Notes: a model not told the origin generated them from the sequence alone. A DNA stretch of 64,000 bases from an uncultured Candidatus Binatia bacterium (GCA_964291295.2 OZ219754.1:3040001-3104000); one strand, 5' to 3'. Shown: positions 29,001 to 37,511, counted from the first letter of the stretch. Numbers and translations: made by a program.

Positions 29001-31610
29001 ATCCGCCTTCGTCAGCGCCACCCTGTAGACCGCCGTGGAACCGGGCGCCACCGTCACCGGCGCTCCGGTGATCGTCAGCGCGTTCGTATCGGTGTTCATG
29101 AACGTGACCGTGCGCTCGTTCGACCAGGGGCCCTTGACATCCGACCTGCCCAGCAATAAGGAATCGCCCGATGCCCGAATCGCCACCTCCACCGATGCTC
29201 TGTTCGGGTAGGGAGCAGCGGAGCCGAGGATCGCCGACGAGGTGCGCCGGGAGTTGCCCCTCGCGGTGGATACGTTCCCGCCGTACGCCGTCCAGGTGGT
29301 GGACCCCTTCAGCCGATGCCCCGTTTGCCACCAGACGGCGCTGGCACCCCCGCCGTCGATGTAATCGACCGCGGTCGAGCCGGCATGGGTCCAGGTCAGC
29401 GTGAGATTCCGATTGGTCGTTGAAGTGGCTGCCGTCAACACCGGCGCCACCGGCGGATTCGGCGTCGCCGTCACCTCCTCCGACGCCGCGCCGTTGCCGT
29501 TGCCGTTCACCGCGCGAATCCTGAACGCGTAGACCGTGCCGTTCTTCAGGCCCGGGATCTGGTGCTTCACCGTCGCCGCGCCGGAACCCGTCATCCGCAT
29601 CCACGAACCGTAGTTTCCGGTACCGGCCTTCTGCCGGTACTCCCAACGGGTGATGCTGGCGTCGCCCGGATCGGTCCACGTCAGGTAGACCCACGTGTCG
29701 CCCTTCGTCGCGCCCAAGCCCGTCGGCTTGGCGGGGGCCGTAGCGGGCTCCGCCGGCGTCGCCCGCACCACCGCCGACGCGGCGCTGTTGCCGCCGCCGT
29801 TCTGCGCCCGGATGCGAAAACGGTACGCGCTGTCGTTGTCCAGACCCGTCACCGTGTGGTTCGTGGTGTCCGCGTCCGAACCGGAAATGTCGGTCCAGCT
29901 GCCCCAGGCGGCGCTCCCCTTCCTCTGCTGCACCTGATACCCCGTGATCGAATCGTCCTCCGGGTCCGTCCACGACAGCGTCACCTGACCGTTGCCCGCC
30001 TCCGCCGACAACCCCGTGGGCTTGGCGGGGGACCCTGCCGGCGTCGCGGTGACTTCGTTGGAGTAAGGAGGTGCTGTTGTCTGGATCCTCACAGGCGGGG
30101 GGCTTGTGACTCCGCGCGTGACCTTGAAAGTGTATGCGGCGCCGTTTTCCAGACCTGTCACGGTGTGCGTTCGGATGGCCTTGCCGCCGGGCATCTCCTC
30201 GCCCAAGCCGTTGTAGCTTCCGCCGCCTTTCTTCTGCGCGTACCGCCAGTGATCAAAAGCCTCCCCGTCGTCGTTGGTATAGGTCCAGGACAACGTCACC
30301 TGCCTGTCCCCCGGCGCGGCGGTGAGAGTGATGGTCGGCCCGGTCGCCGCCGCATCGTTCAGGGTGCCGTCGGCGGTCGCATCGGTGCCGACCGCGTAGG
30401 TGACGTTGGTGGTCCTCTGGCTCAGCGTGATCCGGTAGGCCTCCGCGCCCTCGGTGGCCGAGTCGGTGCTGGTCGGGATGGTCACCGTGCCCGTCGTGCC
30501 GGGGACGGGGGAGCCGAAGGCGTTGGTGCTGCCGAAGTTCGCAGTGAACTCGCGCGGCCCCAGCGTGCCGGCAATGTCCGCCGCCGTGAAAGTGCTCGAA
30601 CTCCGGGCCGCCAGCGTCAGGCGCACGGGCCAGTTGCCGAATATCGACCTGTCGGAGGTCACCGTCAGACTGATGTCCGTGCCCTCGGTCACCGCCGCCG
30701 GGTCGGTCAGCAGCTGGAAGGTCGGCGTCGTGTCGGTCACCGTCACGTCCACATCGTCGATTTCGAGCGAGGCGCCGTAGGCCGTGTCGGAGCTCGACGC
30801 CGCGTGCGTCAGCGTTGCCGTGTCGTCCGTCGTGTCCCCGTCGCTGGCCGCGTTCACCGTGATCGTCTGCGCCGTGCCGAAGTTGCTCGGCGTGAAGGTC
30901 AGCGGCGAACCCATCACCGACACGTCGCCCGAAGCGCCGCTCACCGTGATCGTCACGTTCGCCGTGGGCGCCTTGTCCAGCTTTACCGTGTAGGTGTCGC
31001 TGCTCCCCTCAATCATCGTCAGCGATGTCTTCGAAAGCGTCACCCCGGCGGTGGGCGGATTCGGCGTGGCGCTCACTTGGCCGCTTTGACGGTAAGCTGT
31101 ATTGGTCGCAGTCTGCAAGTAGACAATGAACTGATAAGAGGTTCCGTTCGTCAGGCCCGTTACCATGTGGCTTCTGGTGCCGGCGTTGGAACCTGGAATA
31201 GCGATGGGTGTCCCAGCCCAGGTAAATCCGCCGCCATTGATCTTGTACCCCCACTTGGTTCCCACACCGGTGCTGGACAGAGTCCAACTGAGCGTGACCT
31301 GCCCGTCGCCCGGCGTTGCGGTAAGTACCGGCGCCTGCGCCTGCGCCTGCGCGTCCTGCGGTGCGAGGACAGCGGCCAGCGCGATGAGGAAGAGGACAGC
31401 GAGTCCCGCCTTCAGGCGGCGGGCGGTTCTTTCGAGGGCGCCCACCGGCTCAGCCCCGCGCCCGGTTTGTTCGCAATGCCGGCTGTCGGAACACCGGTTG
31501 CCGGAGTGCTCGGGGGGGGGGGGGGGTACGGGGTTCGCGCGCGAGGCGCTCGCGCCCCGCCCGGACTGCCGCAGGTCGCACATCCCGACATCGCCCGGCG
31601 TCCGCGTCAT
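26070..31610 (-). CDS. Large autotransporter/adhesin with six fibronectin type III domains and Calx-beta/Ig-like repeats (~1846 aa)
   Basis: GGGAGG RBS; extended signal peptide ending AQA; PAKPTGL..VTLSW..GL.NG.AY.F..RA.N FN3 repeats; Pro-rich linker; C-terminal beta-barrel ending in Trp. Confidence 0.85.
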   Translation of the reverse strand: MTRTPGDVGMCDLRQSGRGASASRANPVPPPPPEHSGNRCSDSRHCEQTGRGAEPVGALERTARRLKAGLAVLFLIALAAVLAPQDAQAQAQAPVLTATPGDGQVTLSWTLSSTGVGTKWGYKINGGGFTWAGTPIAIPGSNAGTRSHMVTGLTNGTSYQFIVYLQTATNTAYRQSGQVSATPNPPTAGVTLSKTSLTMIEGSSDTYTVKLDKAPTANVTITVSGASGDVSVMGSPLTFTPSNFGTAQTITVNAASDGDTTDDTATLTHAASSSDTAYGASLEIDDVDVTVTDTTPTFQLLTDPAAVTEGTDISLTVTSDRSIFGNWPVRLTLAARSSSTFTAADIAGTLGPREFTANFGSTNAFGSPVPGTTGTVTIPTSTDSATEGAEAYRITLSQRTTNVTYAVGTDATADGTLNDAAATGPTITLTAAPGDRQVTLSWTYTNDDGEAFDHWRYAQKKGGGSYNGLGEEMPGGKAIRTHTVTGLENGAAYTFKVTRGVTSPPPVRIQTTAPPYSNEVTATPAGSPAKPTGLSAEAGNGQVTLSWTDPEDDSITGYQVQQRKGSAAWGSWTDISGSDADTTNHTVTGLDNDSAYRFRIRAQNGGGNSAASAVVRATPAEPATAPAKPTGLGATKGDTWVYLTWTDPGDASITRWEYRQKAGTGNYGSWMRMTGSGAATVKHQIPGLKNGTVYAFRIRAVNGNGNGAASEEVTATPNPPVAPVLTAATSTTNRNLTLTWTHAGSTAVDYIDGGGASAVWWQTGHRLKGSTTWTAYGGNVSTARGNSRRTSSAILGSAAPYPNRASVEVAIRASGDSLLLGRSDVKGPWSNERTVTFMNTDTNALTITGAPVTVAPGSTAVYRVALTKADAGTLSVKSDDTDTATVSPPSLTFTVDNYSTAQDVTVTGVKNGTATINHAFRLTGATVDAIPNAGTVDVTVADAPGVTVSTAALTVAEGGSGAYTMRLNTAPSSDVTITVSGMSGDVTVANATLTFTTGNWNMPQTVMVSAGTDLDTTPDDAVTLTHRASGGGYGSVSIASVVVSVTESGVVPAKPTGLAAAAGDGSVTLSWTDAGNPTITKWQYRRKAGGGAWGDWTDIGGSGASTTSYEVSGLTNGTAYQFEVRAVNGAGNGAGPDAPVSATPTGATPPSTPPGTTPTPPAPPAAGGSVRVTPAALTVEEGGTGSYTVVLGAEPAGTVTVTVGGASGEVTVVPRRLSFTVSNWSEAQGVTVSAARDADTADDRATLTHGARGGGYDSVSIASVVVRVRDTTPVLSLETDPAAVSEGEDIRLVVTSDRALTGNLTVSLTLAARDGSGFDAEDLPGGLGPRSLDAVFGATASRRGLVMIPTRTDGEVEGRESYGITLNAADGYAVGVDAEAEGVLEEGSSEGADRVNRAILPQVAAMALSQTLEAVTRRIEAVSDGGVGGAVRFGAAPGKAVEEKWVGLGDPGQGGPGLREMLDGASFALPLGASGAGGAAVPALWGVGEWRSLSGSERDLSWEGGLWSGYLGADVRVRPDLLAGAAVSYAKGKVDAVSKRGDRTKSRHESRVVSVNPYLAWLRADGTTLWASAGYGRGEVRIAEAGAAARTADLSQWSGAAGGRGVLMEDTEIIAGGTTRVAVKGEGSLVQLGTEASDGLRELTVKASRLRLMLEGSWEHRVGGDATLTPALEVGVRHDDGDVGQGGGVEVGAGVIWRDPGARLTAELRARMLAVHERDRKEWGVSALVILDPGADGRGSYLSFGPAHGRTASGVGGLFDYGLATDSGAGAEESRLEAELGHGIGIAGPALLTPYAGLSLAESGERTLRLGARYRLGSGVALGIEGTSRPWTNGEQGLMLRGALCW
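31512..31526 (-). repeat. C15 homopolymer (G15 on +) in the 5' coding region of the autotransporter
   Basis: 15 consecutive G counted directly; encodes PPPPP in frame. Confidence 0.85.
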
Positions 31611-31737
31611 GATCTCATCCTCCCGTCCCGAATTCCTGTCGAATTCCGGGCTGCCGAGCCTGCAAGACCCCAGCAAACCCGTCGCTGCAACCTGTAACCC
31701 GTCCGCAGGCCGATTTCAACCTGCGCCGCGCCCGACA

Positions 31738-33368
31738 CAGGACTTTCCCATGATGGGGGTTGGGATGAGGGCGGGGCAGAGGGGGGTAGGTGCCTTTCAT
31801 GCGGTTGTCGGTGCAGGGGTACTCTCCGGGGATGAGCGCCGGGCCGGGTGAGCCGGGGATGGGCCTGGCGGTGGAGTGGCCTGCGGGGGTGGTTGGGGCT
31901 GGGGTTCCGGGACGTCGGTGGCCGGGTCAGGGCGGCGAAGGCTTGGCCCCGGTCGAGTTGCAGCCGTCGGCGGGTTTCGGTGAAGCTCTCGGTGTCGCGC
32001 CGTTTGGTGAAGATCACCCCGGGCGCGGTTGGCCGATCCGTGTCCGATGCCGGTCAGGCAGGCTCCTCGCCGAAGACGCAGTCCCTCTGCCGGTGGTTGC
32101 GGTTCTCCACGACCCCGTGTCCGCGATTGAGCCGGAGCCGGTCTCTCGGAGATGCCGCTGCGGCATCAAGGGAGGTGAGGACATGGGCGGTTTCCATGTG
32201 TTCTTCCCCGGCCCTGTCCCCGTCCTCGCGCAGGGGCTGGCCGTAGCGGGTGATGCGGGTGATCTGGCGGACGCCGGGGTAGTGGACCCGGCGCGGGGGC
32301 GGGACGCGGATGGAGCGCGGCTCCGGACCACCGGGAAGCTTGTCGAGTTCCTCCTCGAAGTGGCCGCTGGCGTCTTTCTCCCAGTCAATGCGGGCGAGAA
32401 GATGGAAGGTGTCCGGCGCGTTGGCCTTGACCCGGAAAAGATCGTCGGCACCGCACATGCACGGCGAGCACGCAGGCCACCCCGGGCTTCCGGCCCTGGT
32501 TCCGGCGGAAGTCCGGCACGACCGCCCGTTCGGCATACTGGGAACGCATCGCCACCGGGTGGCGGGAAGCCAGACCGGGATCGACCGGAGGCGCCACGTG
32601 GAACGGCAGCGGACGCGGGTTCGACAGCGGCGCCCGGGGGTCGGGCCGCAGCGGCTTGACCCCTGTCTCCTTCCGCCGACCGTGGGGGTCGGTGGAACGA
32701 CCGTTGGCGCGCGCTAACCCGCGGGGCCTGCCCGGCCCGCCGCCTTGTAAAGCGTGCCCGCAAACAACCTCGGAAAACCCCGAATCGCGGAACGTCTCGG
32801 CCACAAGCACCGGATGGCCGTGCACCGCCCGCCCGCCGCCGGGTCATCCGCGCCACGAAACGGGAGGCGCCACGAAACGGGAGGCAAGGTTGGGAAACAC
32901 TCCGGGCTCGGAGAGCAGCAGAAGGCGCGTGTGGTTGGCGATCCGACCCGGACGCTCGAACGGCTGCTTCGACCGTCCGCCGCTCCAACGATCCCGCGGT
33001 CGGCACTTGAAGGCGCCGTTCTGCCACGCCGCCAAGCCCGGCCATCGACCTCTGAAGGTCGCCGCATGACGAAAGCCGCGGCCTGCCAGACCGCGAAAGC
33101 CCGGACAAGGATGCCTGTCCATCAGCACGTCCCGGTCCGGACGCTCCTCCGGGAACGCTCCTCCGGCTTCACCCGACCCTCCCCCACCTCCCACAGCGCA
33201 TACCCTTCCGGTGCCTCACCGTGGACCGCGCCCGACCCCTTGCTGATGCGTTCCCACATCCCCCCCATGTCCATCTGCCACCGCACTATCTGCCACAGCG
33301 CAAGAACGCCGGTGCCTGAACCCGGACCTCTCCCGCACGCACCCGACACGCAGCGCGGGACAGCCCTG
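31738..33368 (-). mobile_element. Degenerate ISAs1-family IS with an N-terminal DUF4338 domain (frameshifted, internally deleted)
   Basis: Minus-strand fragments LAAWQNGAFKCRPRDRW, IANHTRLLLL..PNLASR, HGHPVLVAETF, GTLYKAAG (DUF4338-like) and VKANA, TSL, RGHGVVENRNHRQRDCVFGEE (ISAs1 DDE C-terminus); imperfect IRs 10/12. Confidence 0.78.
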
Positions 33369-33378
33369 TGCAATCGGA
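33369..33378. repeat. Right target-site duplication TGCAATCGGA
   Basis: Matches 24728-24737 at 9/10. Confidence 0.75.
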
Positions 33379-33446
33379 CCGCCTTCCTTGACAGCTGGCG
33401 GCATTCACGGTTTACCCGTCCGGATGAACCAAGCCCCGGGGCGGCC

Positions 33447-34226
33447 ATGGACGAATCGCTGAAAACCCTGCGGCGCAAGGTCGCCACCGGAACCCGCATC
33501 CTCGCCAGCCAGGGATGTCTGGGCGACATACTGGGGCACCTGTCGGCGCGGATTCCGGGCACCGGCCAGATGTTCCTCCGCTGCCTCGGAGACCCGGAGA
33601 AGGGACTGCTCTACACCGACGTGCGCCACGTGCGCCGAGTGGACTTCGACCGCACCGCCGAACAGCTGCAAGGGTACCGGATTCCGCTGGAACTGCCGAT
33701 CCATGGCGAACTCTACAAGGCGCGGCCGGAAGCCCGGGCGGTGCTTCACGCCCACCCGTATCACTGCCTCGTGGCCACCCTCGCCGGCCTGGAATTGCGG
33801 CCCATCTACGGCTCCTATGACCCCTTGAGCCTGAGCGCCGCCATCCAGGGGATCCCGGTCTATCCGAGGTCGGTGCTGATCGACAGCCCGGAACTGGCCG
33901 CGGAGTTCATGGCCGTCATGGGCGACCGTGACTGCTGCCTGATGCGCGGACACGGCCTGACGGTCATCGGACCCACCGTGGAAGCCGTCACCCTGCTGGC
34001 GCTGCGCCTGGAGCAACTGGCACGGATCACCCTGGATGCGGCCCGCGCCGGCGGGGCTCCTCCGGCACCGCTCCCCCGCAGCGACCTCGACGCCTTTGCC
34101 TTCGTGGTGCAAGAGGGTCTTCAGGCCGCGGTGTCGAAAGTCTACGAGTGGACATGGAACCACTACGAGCAACGCGTGGCCGATACGGCGGGACTGCCGG
34201 CGGATGACCCGGAGAGCCTCGGATAA
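33447..34226 (+). CDS. Class II aldolase/adducin family protein, 3,4-dihydroxyphthalate decarboxylase (PhtC/PadC)-like
   Basis: GHLSAR, ELPIH, VLHAHP, LMRGHG metal motifs; DILGH..RC..GL..T and GIPVYPRSVLI resemble the recalled PadC subfamily (specific activity inferred). Confidence 0.75.
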   Translation: MDESLKTLRRKVATGTRILASQGCLGDILGHLSARIPGTGQMFLRCLGDPEKGLLYTDVRHVRRVDFDRTAEQLQGYRIPLELPIHGELYKARPEARAVLHAHPYHCLVATLAGLELRPIYGSYDPLSLSAAIQGIPVYPRSVLIDSPELAAEFMAVMGDRDCCLMRGHGLTVIGPTVEAVTLLALRLEQLARITLDAARAGGAPPAPLPRSDLDAFAFVVQEGLQAAVSKVYEWTWNHYEQRVADTAGLPADDPESLG

Positions 34227-34302
34227 AGCCTTCGGCCAACCCCACCGGTGCGGGCACCGGCGGGGTCCCGGGCACGGCGGTTGGTTCCCGCGCGCGCCCT
34301 GT

Positions 34303-35151
34303 TCAACCCCGGGCGCCGTCTTCCAGGAGCAACAGGCCCATGCCGGTCAACATCGGAGCGTAGTAATTCTGGTGCACCAGCCTGACCTCGGGGGACAGGG
34401 CGCCGCGCATGCCCAGCCACATGATCATCTCCACCGCCTCGGCGCCTCCCTGCACCATGTACTCGTGGTGCGACAACTCCACCAACTCTTCCGGGCGGCT
34501 CACGATGCGCTCCATGAAACGACGGTCCCATGCCTCGTTGCGAAAACCGAAGCGCTCGCCGTGGAGCTGGTGCGACAACCCGCCGGTGCCGAGCACCGCC
34601 ACACGGAGATCCCGCGGCCAGCTCTCCACGGCCACGCGCAGAGCCTGCCCGAGCTTCCACAGCCGGCGCGCCGTTGGCAGCGGGTGTTGCAGCACGTTCA
34701 CGCACAGGGGCAGCACCTTGATGTCCCACCGGGGCTCGTTGGACCAGAGCATGGGCAACGGTGTCAGCAGGCCATGGTCCACCGCCAGCTCCTGGCACAC
34801 GGTCATGTCGAATTCACTCTCCCGGATCAGCGACTCGGCCACGTGCCAGGAAAACTCCGGGTCGCCGGGAACCGGCGCCAGCGGACGCGGACCCCAGCCC
34901 TCGTCCGCCGGCGGGTAGCTGTCGGCCACGCCCATGGCGAAGGTGGGGTACTTGTCGAAGAAGAAGTCGGAGCCGTGGTCGTTGTAGATGAAGATGGCCA
35001 CGTCGATGCGGGCCTCCCGGAGCCATGCCCGGGCCGGCCGGTAGCCGTCGAACAGCGGCTTCCATTCGGGAGCGTTCTGCTGGCCCCGATCGAACGCCGC
35101 GCCCGCGGCGGGCACGTGAGACGATCCGATTCCCGCAACGATCCTGCCCAT
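34303..35151 (-). CDS. ligB: Protocatechuate 4,5-dioxygenase-type (class III extradiol) beta subunit
   Basis: GIGSSHVP, YNDH, DEGWGPRP, VDHG, GTGGLSHQLHGER, GGAEAVE. Confidence 0.92.
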   Translation of the reverse strand: MGRIVAGIGSSHVPAAGAAFDRGQQNAPEWKPLFDGYRPARAWLREARIDVAIFIYNDHGSDFFFDKYPTFAMGVADSYPPADEGWGPRPLAPVPGDPEFSWHVAESLIRESEFDMTVCQELAVDHGLLTPLPMLWSNEPRWDIKVLPLCVNVLQHPLPTARRLWKLGQALRVAVESWPRDLRVAVLGTGGLSHQLHGERFGFRNEAWDRRFMERIVSRPEELVELSHHEYMVQGGAEAVEMIMWLGMRGALSPEVRLVHQNYYAPMLTGMGLLLLEDGARG

Positions 35152-35152
35152 G

Positions 35153-35533
35153 TTACCTGGCTCCCTGGACGGTGCGCGTGCTCAGGAATTCATCAAGGGT
35201 CTGACCCCGGAACGCCGCCCCGATGTGCTGCAGACTGTCGCCGGTCACCGAGCCCATCTTGTACATGACGTAGATGTTGGCGCCACCCTCACGCGCCAGG
35301 GCCGGCCAGTCCTTCTCGCGTATCCGGTCCTTCTCCCAGTCCGTCAGACCGAACCGCTCCATCAGCGCGTCGGCGTCCTCCCGGAAGGCCGCGCGGTTCT
35401 CGGCCCTGTTGAGGGAGAAGAAGAACTTGTTGAGGCGGTAACCCTTGCGCGACCGGGCGCCGTCGAACACGTAGGTGCCCTCTATCGTCCTGGCATCCTC
35501 GCCGGTCCTGGCATCCTCGCGAGATTCGCTCAT
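35153..35533 (-). CDS. ligA: Protocatechuate 4,5-dioxygenase-type alpha subunit
   Basis: GTYVFDGARSRKGYRLNKF..SL..AENRAAF..D, GANIY..K. Confidence 0.92.
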   Translation of the reverse strand: MSESREDARTGEDARTIEGTYVFDGARSRKGYRLNKFFFSLNRAENRAAFREDADALMERFGLTDWEKDRIREKDWPALAREGGANIYVMYKMGSVTGDSLQHIGAAFRGQTLDEFLSTRTVQGAR

Positions 35534-35756
35534 GTCCTCGCCCTCCGATGACGGGTTGCTTCACGCGCACGGTCTCGCGTTCACGGGTACGTTTTGCGTT
35601 CGCCGGTACGCAGCATCGAGCATATGACCCTCGGCACACCCGGTCAACCCGCTCGTCGGCCCAACGCCGATTTGACAGGGCGCTGACCCGGCTGATAGGT
35701 GAGGGACACCAAAGTGGGCACCGGAACAGGCACCGATACGGACGGAGAACGCCAGC

Positions 35757-37511
35757 ATGCCGGGACCTCGATTCGAAGACGTGGCCGTATCCAACGGAGC
35801 CGAAGCCTTTCTGGCGCAGATCAACGCCAACCCCGACGTCGACTACATCTTCGCCAATACGGGAACGGACCACGGCCCGATCCTGGAAGCCCTGGCCCGG
35901 ATGCGGCGCAGCGAGTCCAGGGGAGCGGAGATCGTTGTCGTGCCCCACGAACAGGCCGCGGTATCCATGGCTCACGGCTACTACTGCGCCTCGGGCAAGC
36001 CGCAGGTGGTGCTGGTGCACACCCTGCCCGGCACCGCCAACGGCCTCGGCGGGCTCATGAACGCCAGGTCGTGCCAGGTGCCGTTGTTGTTCGTGGCCGG
36101 ACGAACCCCGGTCACCGAGGGCGAGGTGGAGGGCGGCAAGAGCCGCCACATCCACTGGCGCCAGGAGTCCCGTGACCAGGGCGGCATCGTGCGCGAGTTC
36201 GTCAAATGGGATTTCGAGAACCGCGCCAACGAGCAGCTCGGCACCCTCATCCCCCGGGCGTTCAAGATCGCCATGGCGGAGCCCCGGGGTCCGGTGTACC
36301 TGTCGCTGCCGCGGGAGTGGCTGTACCAGTCCATGGAAACCACCCGCGTGTCCGCGGATGTGTTCAGGCCCCCCGGCAAGTACCAGACACCGGTCGCCGA
36401 CCTGGAGCGGGCCGCGGACATCCTCATGGACGCTGCCGCGCCGGTGATCGTGACGCGCTATCTCGGAAGGACGCCCGGCGCGGTGAAGCCGCTGATGGAA
36501 CTGGCCGACCTGCTGGCCATACCCGTGGTCCAGCATCCGCAGTCGCCATACATGAACTTCCCGTCGAGCCACGCCTGCCATGTCGGTCACGACATCGCCG
36601 GTCAGGTGGAACGGGCGGACGTGGTCTTTCTCATGGACATCGACGTGCCCTGGACGCCGGCCGGCCGGGACAGGCTGCGGGCCGACGCCACGGTGCTGCA
36701 ACTGGAGGTGGACCCGCTGTTCTCCTCCATTCCCGTCTGGAGCTTCCCGGTGGACCACGCCATGACCGGGGCCGCCGACGTAACCCTGCCGGTGCTCAAC
36801 GGCCTGATTCGCCAGCGGCTCGACGCCTCGGACGCCCTGCGGAAGGCCGTGGGCGAGCGGCGGGCGCGGGTCAGGGCCGCGCATGACGAGACCCGTGCGG
36901 CACTGGCCGCGCGGATCGAAAGGGTGAAGGACGAGCGGCCCATCCATCCGCTGTGGCTGTCCCGCTGCATCGCCAGCGTGATGGATGAGAAGACCATCGT
37001 CATGGGCGAGGCGGTCACCTCGCCGCTGGGGCCGGTGCTCGAAATGGAAAGGCCCGGGTCGTTCTTCGACCAGGCGCCGGCCGGCCATCTGGGATGGGGC
37101 ATGGGAGCGGCCATCGGCGCCAAGCTGGCCGCGCCCGACCACACGGTAATCGCCTGCGAGGGCGACGGCTCCTACATGTTCTGCGTCCCCACCGCGTGCC
37201 ACTTCACCGCGCAAAAATACCAGGCCCCGTTCCTTACCGTCATCTACAACAACCAGGCCTGGAACGCGACCCTCGCCACCGTTCGCGAACTCTACCCCGA
37301 CGGCGCCGCCCAGCGGACCGGCAACTTCCCGGGCACGGATCTGACACCGTCGCCGCAGTTCGAACTGACCGCGCGGGCGTGCGGTGCCTGGGCGGAGCGT
37401 GTCGACGATCCCGGGGAGGTGGCCGCCGCACTGGAGCGCGGCCTCCGGGCGGTGAAGGACGAGGGCCGCCAGGCCCTGCTGAACGTCATCTGCCGCAACC
37501 CGGCCAACTGA
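35757..37511 (+). CDS. Thiamine-diphosphate-dependent enzyme (ALS large-subunit-like)
   Basis: FANTGTDH, PHEQAAVSMAHG, GPVYLSLPRE, LGWGMGAAIGAKLA, GDGS...YNN. Confidence 0.88.
   Translation: MPGPRFEDVAVSNGAEAFLAQINANPDVDYIFANTGTDHGPILEALARMRRSESRGAEIVVVPHEQAAVSMAHGYYCASGKPQVVLVHTLPGTANGLGGLMNARSCQVPLLFVAGRTPVTEGEVEGGKSRHIHWRQESRDQGGIVREFVKWDFENRANEQLGTLIPRAFKIAMAEPRGPVYLSLPREWLYQSMETTRVSADVFRPPGKYQTPVADLERAADILMDAAAPVIVTRYLGRTPGAVKPLMELADLLAIPVVQHPQSPYMNFPSSHACHVGHDIAGQVERADVVFLMDIDVPWTPAGRDRLRADATVLQLEVDPLFSSIPVWSFPVDHAMTGAADVTLPVLNGLIRQRLDASDALRKAVGERRARVRAAHDETRAALAARIERVKDERPIHPLWLSRCIASVMDEKTIVMGEAVTSPLGPVLEMERPGSFFDQAPAGHLGWGMGAAIGAKLAAPDHTVIACEGDGSYMFCVPTACHFTAQKYQAPFLTVIYNNQAWNATLATVRELYPDGAAQRTGNFPGTDLTPSPQFELTARACGAWAERVDDPGEVAAALERGLRAVKDEGRQALLNVICRNPAN

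Larger units (their letters stand above)
24738..33368. mobile_element. Composite ISAs1-bounded unit carrying the ygfZ pseudogene and FN3 autotransporter
   Basis: Outer ends are IRs CAGGACTTTCCC (24738) and GGGACAGCCCTG (33357-33368), flanked by a 10-bp direct repeat; a second IS end lies at 31738. Confidence 0.68.

Noticed and set aside
26070-31610. Diversity-generating retroelement targeting the adhesin
   Set aside because: No reverse transcriptase, and no TR/VR pair differing only at adenines is visible in the window; a remote DGR cannot be excluded.
24738-31738. The two IS ends lie exactly 7000 bp apart
   Set aside because: Round number judged coincidental; the copies are diverged, which argues against an assembly duplication.
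32560-33200. Druantia anti-phage system
   Set aside because: The DUF4338-like fragment is frameshifted, lies inside IS inverted repeats, and no DruE helicase or other dru genes are present.
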